64,000 nucleotides of DNA from Chitinophagia bacterium (GTDB lineage Bacteria; Bacteroidota; Bacteroidia; Chitinophagales; Chitinophagaceae): positions 2,694 to 66,693 of the forward strand of contig JBKCOY010000066.1 in the NCBI GenBank assembly GCA_046309555.1. Direction: 5' to 3'. Position 1 is the stretch's first letter; every line of letters begins with the position of its first letter. A program made the translations under genes and the position numbers. Shown piece by piece: positions 57,030 to 64,000 of the stretch. Below the pieces are notes generated by a model. That model was not told the DNA's origin. It worked only from the letters and a program-made list of their open reading frames with translations, and did no database searches.

Positions 57030-57613
57030 TGAAGAAAATCATTCTTGCTTCAGGCTCACCAAGGAGGAAAATGTTGCTTGAATGGGCTGAGATCAAATTT
57101 GAAGTGATTGTTTCAGATGCTGATGAGTCATTTTCTCCAGGTGATGATCCAGTTACAGTAGCATTGCAGATTGCAAAGAAGAAAAATTACGCAACTGCCA
57201 TCCTTCCGGGTCTGGATCTTTCAGAAACGATTATCATTTCAGCCGATACCATTGTTGTTTTGGATCAGAAGGTAATTGGAAAACCAAAAGACCGTAATGA
57301 AGCCATAGCCATTCTTTCTCAATTGTCGGGCCGAACACATGAAGTCATCACAGCCGTCTGTATTTCTTCAGCTCAAAAGGAACATTTGTTTCATGAGGTA
57401 ACTGAAGTTGTTTTTCATGAAATTACACCACAGCAAATTGAACATTATGTTGATGCCTATAAACCTTATGACAAAGCAGGTGCCTATGCCATTCAGGAAT
57501 GGATTGGTGTTATTGGGATAAAACAAATCAAAGGCGATTTCTACAATGTGATGGGATTACCCGTAAGTGCAGTGGTCCGTTCCTTACAGGAAAGTTTTTT
57601 ACACCTGGATTAG
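57029..57613 (+). CDS. maf: Maf family nucleotide pyrophosphatase
   Basis: ILASGSPRR, ISADTIV, KPKD, DKAGAYAIQ, NVMGLP. Confidence 0.93.
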   Translation: MKKIILASGSPRRKMLLEWAEIKFEVIVSDADESFSPGDDPVTVALQIAKKKNYATAILPGLDLSETIIISADTIVVLDQKVIGKPKDRNEAIAILSQLSGRTHEVITAVCISSAQKEHLFHEVTEVVFHEITPQQIEHYVDAYKPYDKAGAYAIQEWIGVIGIKQIKGDFYNVMGLPVSAVVRSLQESFLHLD

Positions 57614-57682
57614 GAGATATTTCTCAGTTATTTCCAGTTTTTTAGCGTTGCTGATCAGAACGATTCTTCATTATTTGCCAAC

Positions 57683-58924
57683 ATGATGAATGAATACGTT
57701 TTTCAACAACTCTGGGCAAAACATGCATTATCGCTCAATGACATTTTTACAACTGAAGGTGAACAGATACACATCATTAAGCCAGGTACACTTAATGTTG
57801 ACCAGGGTGCTGATTTTAAAAATGCACACATCAGAATTGGCAACACAGAGTGGTTCGGAAATATTGAACTCCATATTCGTACATCTGATTGGTTCAGGCA
57901 TGGACATGACACAGATACCAACTACCGAAACATCATTTTACATGTAGTTTGGAAACATGATGTTGGAAACTTTGAGGTTTGCCCGGTGCTGGAGCTTGGA
58001 ATGATCTTCAAAAGAATACAAGAGGTGATGCCTGATCCGCTAACTCATTCAGGATTAGCCTGTGCCACAGTTGGTTCGCGTCGTATCACAGAATATTCAG
58101 ATTGGGTTGATAAATGGGTCATGATGCGTATGGAGAGAAAATTGAATCATTTTTTAACAATGATCGATCAATCAAAAGGGGATATTGAACAGGTTGCATG
58201 GGTTATGTTGGTAAGATGCTTTGGGTACAAGGTGAATGCAGATTGTTTTGAAGAGTTAGGACGAACCTTGCCCATCAAAATTTTACAATGTCATGCCGGA
58301 GATCGATTGTCAATCGAGGCGATTATGCTGGGCCTGGCGGGATTAATCCCCCAACATCCCACGGATGAATATAGTAAAAGCCTTGCTGAACACTATAGTG
58401 CTTTAAAATGGAAGTATCATTTGACTCCTTTACATCATCGGCCTGTTTTCCTGAGAATGAGGCCTTCTAATTTCCCAACGATCAGGCTTGTTCAATTGGC
58501 TTCAATGATCAATGCCCACCCCAATATCATTACAAAACTATTGTCAATTGAGCATTATTCTGCCATCACAGATCTCTTTTCAGTTGAACTTACTCCTTAT
58601 TGGGTTGATCATAATATGCCCGGTAAAACTTGCCGTCCAACTCCGAAAAAAACAGGTCGAGATCTGATAAACGCAATCATCACAAACATGATCATGCCGA
58701 TGCGATTGGCTATTCAATTTAGAAAAGGTGTAAAATGCTTATCACCGGATGATTTTCACCTATTGAAAAAGATTGATCCGGATAATTCTTCAATTATTCG
58801 CTTGTTCAGTGATGCAGGAATCAAACCTGTCAACGCTTTTCAGTCGCAAGCCTTGTTGGAATTATATAGCCAAAAATGCAGCATTCGCGATTGTAGCGAA
58901 TGCGATTTTATTCGTCAGCAATAA
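57683..58924 (+). CDS. DUF2851 family protein
   Basis: Q.LW, G.DF.NA.I.IG...W.GNIELH...DWF.HGH, RMRPSNFPTIRL.QLA, C-terminal Cys cluster. Confidence 0.8.
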   Translation: MMNEYVFQQLWAKHALSLNDIFTTEGEQIHIIKPGTLNVDQGADFKNAHIRIGNTEWFGNIELHIRTSDWFRHGHDTDTNYRNIILHVVWKHDVGNFEVCPVLELGMIFKRIQEVMPDPLTHSGLACATVGSRRITEYSDWVDKWVMMRMERKLNHFLTMIDQSKGDIEQVAWVMLVRCFGYKVNADCFEELGRTLPIKILQCHAGDRLSIEAIMLGLAGLIPQHPTDEYSKSLAEHYSALKWKYHLTPLHHRPVFLRMRPSNFPTIRLVQLASMINAHPNIITKLLSIEHYSAITDLFSVELTPYWVDHNMPGKTCRPTPKKTGRDLINAIITNMIMPMRLAIQFRKGVKCLSPDDFHLLKKIDPDNSSIIRLFSDAGIKPVNAFQSQALLELYSQKCSIRDCSECDFIRQQ

Positions 58925-58930
58925 ATGCGT

Positions 58931-59335
58931 TTACCAGTTGAAGTTGACTTCCAGTTTGATGTCGGGGTGGATACTTTCCTTAACGGGGCAAGACCAGGCT
59001 ATTTCTTCCAGTTTTGTCTTTTCCAGATCTGAAAAAGATGTCCCTTCCGGCCATTTAAATATAATTTGAATGGCACCTATTTTTCTGGGAGCGGAAGTCA
59101 TGATCTTCTGGGTTTCAACCGTTACTCCGTTCAGCCGTGATTCCAGATCTTTGGCCTTTATGGCCATCGTGGTGAGCATGCAAGCGGCCAGAGATGTTCC
59201 AATGAGGTCGGTAGGAGAAAATCTTGCGCCTTTGCCCTGATTATCCGTAGGGGCATCTGTTTCAAAAGTGGATCCCGATTGCAAATGTGTTGCTAAAGTT
59301 CTGAGCTCTCCTGAATAAGTAACTGATGATGTCAT
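58931..59335 (-). CDS. OsmC family protein
   Basis: MTSSVTYSGELRT, TDAP.DN.G.G..FSPTDL, AACM, CPV. Confidence 0.88.
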   Translation of the reverse strand: MTSSVTYSGELRTLATHLQSGSTFETDAPTDNQGKGARFSPTDLIGTSLAACMLTTMAIKAKDLESRLNGVTVETQKIMTSAPRKIGAIQIIFKWPEGTSFSDLEKTKLEEIAWSCPVKESIHPDIKLEVNFNW

Positions 59336-59371
59336 CCTTTTTTTCATAAATTTACACATCATCTGAAGATT

Positions 59372-60199
59372 ATGGCCAAAAGCTTATCTGCAATTCTTTT
59401 TTTCTTTTTCCTGGCGTCATTCGTACAGGCACAAAGAACATCCTCCAACAAAGCGGATAGTAAAAGAGAAGAAAAAATAGAAAGAAGAAATCGTATCAAT
59501 GAGATGATCAGAAATGAAGAGGAAGGTGTACCTGCTTTTGAGAAGCATTTTATTTACAATTTCAAGACACACCATGATGGCTATGGCATAATCCTTGAAA
59601 AAGGAATTGCCAAAACAGCCTATAAATCAACCATATTTCAGTTTGAGTTTGCAGAAAAGCAACATCCCAAAGAGAACAAGCAAAGCAGTACTGATTTTAC
59701 CAATTCAGGGTTCGCCATTTTTGGAAGACCTTTTGTATTCGGTAAGCAAAATATTTTCTATCAGGCGAAGTTGGGCATAGGTAAACAGATCATGATCGGT
59801 GGTAAATCCAATAAAAATGGTGTTGCAGTGTATGGTGTTCTGGTAGGAGGATTTTCTGCCGGTTTGGCCAGACCCTATTATATCGAATTTAACACACCTT
59901 CCGGTACCAAGAATATAAAATACTCCGAGGCAGACAGAGCGATTTTTTTAAGTGCCGACAGGATCATTGGCGGAACAGGATTACAATTGGGTTGGAATGA
60001 AATGAAATTCAACCCCGGAGCCTATGGCAAGGCCGGATTGCGTTTTGACTGGGCCCGTTTCAATCAGGTTGTGTCAGCAGTTGAATTTGGATTTGGCTTC
60101 GACTATTATACTTCAGGAGTTGTTCAGATGGTTGACAACCCAGCTAAATCATTCTTCCCAACAGGTTATATCGGACTTGTTTTTGGTAACAGGAAGTGA
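59372..60199 (+). CDS. Exported hypothetical protein, possible small outer-membrane beta-barrel
   Basis: Signal peptide (VQA), beta-strand pattern, C-terminal YIGLVFGNRK. Confidence 0.65.
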   Translation: MAKSLSAILFFFFLASFVQAQRTSSNKADSKREEKIERRNRINEMIRNEEEGVPAFEKHFIYNFKTHHDGYGIILEKGIAKTAYKSTIFQFEFAEKQHPKENKQSSTDFTNSGFAIFGRPFVFGKQNIFYQAKLGIGKQIMIGGKSNKNGVAVYGVLVGGFSAGLARPYYIEFNTPSGTKNIKYSEADRAIFLSADRIIGGTGLQLGWNEMKFNPGAYGKAGLRFDWARFNQVVSAVEFGFGFDYYTSGVVQMVDNPAKSFFPTGYIGLVFGNRK

Positions 60200-60201
60200 T
60201 G

Positions 60202-60210
60202 TAACTTTGC
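60202..60210 (+). promoter_or_regulatory. -7 promoter element TAACTTTGC for lipA
   Basis: TAnnTTTG match 16 nt before ATG 60226. Confidence 0.55.
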
Positions 60211-60225
60211 TACATAATACTGCGC

Positions 60226-61158
60226 ATGAGTTGTGGATCTGATGCCGGAATTGCACCGGAAACAAGAATCAAAAAGCCGGATTGGCTGAGAGTAAAGCTT
60301 CCAACAGGAGAGGGTTATCGTCATGTCCGAGGATTGGTAGACACCCATAAATTACACACTATTTGCGAAAGCGGGAACTGTCCGAATATGGGCGAGTGTT
60401 GGGGTGCCGGTACTGCAACTTTTATGATCCTGGGGAATGTTTGTACCAGGAGTTGCGGTTTTTGTGCTGTAGCAACGGGAAGACCGGATGCGGTGGACTG
60501 GGATGAACCACAACGTGTTGCAGAAGCAATTCACCTTATGAAGGTAAAGCACGCTGTTATCACTTCCGTTGACCGTGACGAGCTGCCGGATGGAGGGAGT
60601 ACCATCTGGTATAATACTATCCATGCTGTAAAATCCTTGAATCCAGATACGACATTGGAAACCCTGATCCCAGATTTCAAGGGTATCCATGAACAAATTC
60701 AACAGGTAATTGATGCTGCTCCTGAAGTAGTTTCCCATAATATTGAAACAGTCGAACAGTTGACCCGAAAAGTCAGAATTCAGGCAAAATACTGGCGCAG
60801 CATGGAGGTGTTGAGGATACTGAAGCAAGGGGGAATGCGCACCAAGTCAGGGATCATGCTCGGTCTGGGTGAAAAAAAAGAGGAAGTAATCCAAACCTTG
60901 AGAGATCTTGCTGATAATGGAGTTGATGTGGTAACAATAGGTCAGTATTTACAACCCACAGCCAAACATTTACCCGTACAGCGATTCGTTCATCCTGATG
61001 AATTCAGGGAATACAAAGAAATCGGCTACGATCTTGGGATTGATTATGTTGAAAGCGGACCATTGGTTCGTTCATCATACCACAGCGAAAAGCATGTGAT
61101 TCCCGGATATGGAAAACTCCAGTGGGAGAAAGAAAAAGCCATGTTGACTTCTGCCTGA
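60226..61158 (+). CDS. lipA: Lipoyl synthase
   Basis: [11 protein letters not shown]4CX5C ([12 protein letters not shown]), CX3CX2C (CTRSCGFC), RSSY. Confidence 0.97.
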   Translation: MSCGSDAGIAPETRIKKPDWLRVKLPTGEGYRHVRGLVDTHKLHTICESGNCPNMGECWGAGTATFMILGNVCTRSCGFCAVATGRPDAVDWDEPQRVAEAIHLMKVKHAVITSVDRDELPDGGSTIWYNTIHAVKSLNPDTTLETLIPDFKGIHEQIQQVIDAAPEVVSHNIETVEQLTRKVRIQAKYWRSMEVLRILKQGGMRTKSGIMLGLGEKKEEVIQTLRDLADNGVDVVTIGQYLQPTAKHLPVQRFVHPDEFREYKEIGYDLGIDYVESGPLVRSSYHSEKHVIPGYGKLQWEKEKAMLTSA

Positions 61159-61160
61159 TC

Positions 61161-62129
61161 TTACTGATGCTTTTCCCAAACCAAGGCACTTGCCCCCAAA
61201 ATTGCAGCATCTGATTCTTTCAAATGGCTGACCAGTATCTTCACTTTGTTTTGAAAGACCTGTATCAGATTCTCTTCCATGTGTTTCCGTGTTGGTTTCA
61301 GGATAAGATCACCGGATTTGGTGAGTCCGCCAAATAATATGATGGCTTCCGGACTGCTAAACATCACTGCATTTGCCAGCGAAAGTCCCAGTATTTTACC
61401 AGTAAATTCGAATATCTCCAGTGCAAGTTTGTCTCCCTTGATCGCAGCATCGTAAACAACTTTAGAGTCCAATGTTTCTTTATCGGCGGTTCTCAGCAAG
61501 CTGTCTTCGCTGCTGTTCTCCAGGAGTTCAAGTGCCGTTAACCGAACACCAGTTGCAGAGGCGTAGCTTTCTAAAGAGCCTTTTTTGCCAGTACCTTCAT
61601 GCATGCGTCCGTCCGGAATCACGATGGTGTGACCCAGCTCACCAGCAAAACCATCATGGCCATAGATCAGTTGTCCGTTTGCAACAATCCCGCTTCCCAC
61701 GCCGGTGCCAAGGGTGATCATGATGAAATCCTTCATTCCTTTTGCTGCACCATACATCATTTCGCCAATTGCTGCAGCATTGGCATCATTGGTAAGTGTA
61801 ACAGGCAATTGAAACTTGTCTGTCATAAGCTTTGCCAATGGAATGATTCCTTTCCAGGGTAGGTTAGGGGCATATTCAATCGTGCCGCTATAATAATTTC
61901 CATTCGGGGCACCCATGCCTATGCCTCTCATCCTGCCAATTCCACCTGCTTTATCTATCAATACTTTCAGGTTATCATAAAGCTCATCAATAAACGTAGT
62001 GACTTCCTTGTGCTTTTTGGTGGACATTTCACCTGAGAAAAGTACATTGCCGTCTCTGTCTACAATACCAAATTTTGTTCCTGTTCCGCCAATATCTATA
62101 CCTATGGCCAGTGGTTCATTTACACTCAT
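61161..62129 (-). CDS. ROK-family sugar kinase (glucokinase/GlcNAc kinase)
   Basis: GIDIGGT, NDANAAA.GE, TLGTGVGSG, GELGH. Confidence 0.92.
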   Translation of the reverse strand: MSVNEPLAIGIDIGGTGTKFGIVDRDGNVLFSGEMSTKKHKEVTTFIDELYDNLKVLIDKAGGIGRMRGIGMGAPNGNYYSGTIEYAPNLPWKGIIPLAKLMTDKFQLPVTLTNDANAAAIGEMMYGAAKGMKDFIMITLGTGVGSGIVANGQLIYGHDGFAGELGHTIVIPDGRMHEGTGKKGSLESYASATGVRLTALELLENSSEDSLLRTADKETLDSKVVYDAAIKGDKLALEIFEFTGKILGLSLANAVMFSSPEAIILFGGLTKSGDLILKPTRKHMEENLIQVFQNKVKILVSHLKESDAAILGASALVWEKHQ

Positions 62130-62151
62130 GGTGAACTTTTGATTTTATGAT

Positions 62152-63774
62152 TTAATGTCCTCCTGATACTTGTGCATCAACGTCAAGTCCTTGTTTTTTC
62201 AACACAGAACGGGTTTGAATTGCATGCCATGCCAGGTAAGCAAAACAAACCAGAGGCACAGCATAGGAGAGTTGCGTGTAGGTATGAATAGAAGCATCAG
62301 CACTGCTGTCTATGTCAATTACGGCACCTTGCATGGGGGGAATGATAGCACCACCTAAGATCATCATGATGAGGAAGGCAGAGCCCTGGCTTTGATATTT
62401 GCCGATGCCATTTACTGCAAGTGCAAAAATTGCTGGCCACATAACCGAAGACCAGATGCCGCAACTGATAATTGCAAAATTAGCTACCATGCCAGTTGTT
62501 GTAACAGCAATTACCATCGATATTGCGCCCAGGATTGAAACCGTAAGCAATAACTTAACAGGTTTTTCCTCTGCATAGAGAAATGCTAAAACAGCAATCA
62601 TGATGCAAAATGGATACATCATAAAATCGCTGATGTCATTTCCTTTTATGATGTTCACCAGTAAAATGACACCAAAGGCAACAAAAGGAACAACTATCAC
62701 TAACATGCGTTTAAGGGATTTGCTGAGATTGAACACACTTACTGCGCCCGTCCAGCGTCCGATCATCAGTGATCCCCAATAAAGTGAAATCAGATGGGAG
62801 ATGTGGGATTCGTCGTAGCCACCGAATGCATCTTTCTTGAGCAGAGCGCCAAAATTATTGTCGATCGTTACTTCCACTCCCACATAAATAAAAATTGCGA
62901 TCATGCCCAGTACCAACTGAGGATAAGCCATCGCCCCCCATCCTTCTGGGTTTCTCTTGGCCATACCCATTGCTACAAAAAGCAGGGTCAGTATCACAAA
63001 GAGAGATGAAGCGATTATAATACTTTTACTTATCCCGGTTACACCCTGCGTCCAGTCTGAAAACAATACAGGTAGAAATACCAAACCGATGATCAACAAA
63101 AGATTCATGGCTTTTGGACTTTTCTCCAATTTCTCATCTGAAGTGGTTTTGGGCAGATTGGCATAGGCAAAAATGATAGAGGCTATGACAAAAAGACCAG
63201 CAAGAAAAAAGTAAAGTGTTTGAATGTTTTCAATGGATGCCTCTTTCACGCTGGTAACACTTCCAAACAAAAGAAAACTGACCACAAGCGGTCCCAGCAG
63301 GGTACCGAATGAGTTTACACTTCCTCCCATGTTTAATCTGTGTGTACCTGTTTCAGGGCTTCCCAATGCTACAGCGAAGGGTTGTGCCGCTGTTTGTTGC
63401 AATGAAAATCCAAGTGCAATGATAAAGAATGCTACCAGCACCCAGCCAAAGGTTGCGTTTCCGGAGCCGCTGATGAATGCCAGTGCAATTGCACCGATTA
63501 CCGAGATCAACAATCCGTAAATGATCCCTTTTTTGTAGCCAATCTTGTTAAGAAGATCAGTACCTGTAACTGCCGACATCAGATAGAGAATCAGTGAGCC
63601 GTAGAAATAGGCACCATAAAAGGCTGAACCGATCAATTGTGATTGGATCTGGTCTAACTGAAAGAATTTCTTACAGAAGGGAATGAAAATACTGTTGGAA
63701 GCGGCAACAAAGCCCCAGAAAAAGAAAACAGTGATCAAAACGCCAAATTGTGACCATTTGGTTTGCTGGTTCAT
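62152..63774 (-). CDS. MFS sugar transporter of the FucP/GluP/NagP family
   Basis: VFFFWGFVAASN, GFSLQQTAAQP, YVGVEV, YWGSLMIGR, ILGGAIIP. Confidence 0.88.
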   Translation of the reverse strand: MNQQTKWSQFGVLITVFFFWGFVAASNSIFIPFCKKFFQLDQIQSQLIGSAFYGAYFYGSLILYLMSAVTGTDLLNKIGYKKGIIYGLLISVIGAIALAFISGSGNATFGWVLVAFFIIALGFSLQQTAAQPFAVALGSPETGTHRLNMGGSVNSFGTLLGPLVVSFLLFGSVTSVKEASIENIQTLYFFLAGLFVIASIIFAYANLPKTTSDEKLEKSPKAMNLLLIIGLVFLPVLFSDWTQGVTGISKSIIIASSLFVILTLLFVAMGMAKRNPEGWGAMAYPQLVLGMIAIFIYVGVEVTIDNNFGALLKKDAFGGYDESHISHLISLYWGSLMIGRWTGAVSVFNLSKSLKRMLVIVVPFVAFGVILLVNIIKGNDISDFMMYPFCIMIAVLAFLYAEEKPVKLLLTVSILGAISMVIAVTTTGMVANFAIISCGIWSSVMWPAIFALAVNGIGKYQSQGSAFLIMMILGGAIIPPMQGAVIDIDSSADASIHTYTQLSYAVPLVCFAYLAWHAIQTRSVLKKQGLDVDAQVSGGH

Positions 63775-63890
63775 ATGCAAGTTGTTTTATGAATGCTCAA
63801 AATAAAGATAATCAGCCAAAAGCAAAATTTTTTGTTCCCACAGACATAGTCGTTTTAATTCAATAAATTGGCAAAAAATCAGCTGCAACA

Positions 63891-64000
63891 ATGAATATAT
63901 TGCATGTTAGTGCAGAATGTTATCCGGTAGCCAAAGCTGGAGGATTGGGAGATGTTGTCGGTTCTCTCCCCCGATTTCAAAACGAAGTTGGAAATGATGC
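63891..64000 (+). CDS. glgA: Glycogen synthase, 5' fragment (runs off the window; absent from the ORF track)
   Basis: Manual translation MNILHVSAECYPVAKAGGLGDVVGSLPRFQNEVGNDA contains the KXGGL ADP-glucose-binding motif. Confidence 0.88.
   Translation, partial: MNILHVSAECYPVAKAGGLGDVVGSLPRFQNEVGND

Noticed and set aside
1-64000. CRISPR array, rRNA, tRNA, transposase or integrase
   Set aside because: No regularly spaced repeats, RNA-gene signatures, or DDE/tyrosine/serine recombinase motifs seen by eye; a tRNAscan/Infernal run would be needed to fully exclude small RNAs.

Overview
A 64-kb gene-dense chromosomal segment from a Bacteroidota organism, probably Chitinophagaceae-like. This is inferred from the many TAnnTTTG -7 promoter boxes, the three-subunit sdhCAB, and Bacteroidota-type purM, lepB and ftsE-like genes. 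Most of it is housekeeping or envelope genes: exonuclease, GT2, S9 peptidase, B12 radical SAM, E2 acyltransferase, cinA, a TPR/outer-membrane-barrel operon ending in a sugar kinase and murQ, sdhCAB, holA, ribF, purM, rpsO-pnp-prmA-plsY, lepB-cdd, an RND efflux trio, topA, kdsC-ubiA-like-maf, lipA, ROK kinase/MFS, and the 5' end of glgA. I saw no rRNA, tRNA, CRISPR array, transposase or integrase by eye. The main accessory feature is a 1490-bp islet with a single AAA_14/DUF4143-type ATPase gene. It is bracketed by 120/121-bp direct repeats of the sdhB 3' end plus terminator; the three coding differences between the copies are all synonymous. Twin palindromic operator-like sites precede the ATPase gene. 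Other leads: a nested 116-nt inverted-repeat structure upstream of topA, a likely CTG start codon, an unannotated protein with STAS-like spacing next to murQ, a cysteine-less ROK kinase and an orphan CarH-like regulator. All family assignments come from motif recognition only; no database searches were run.
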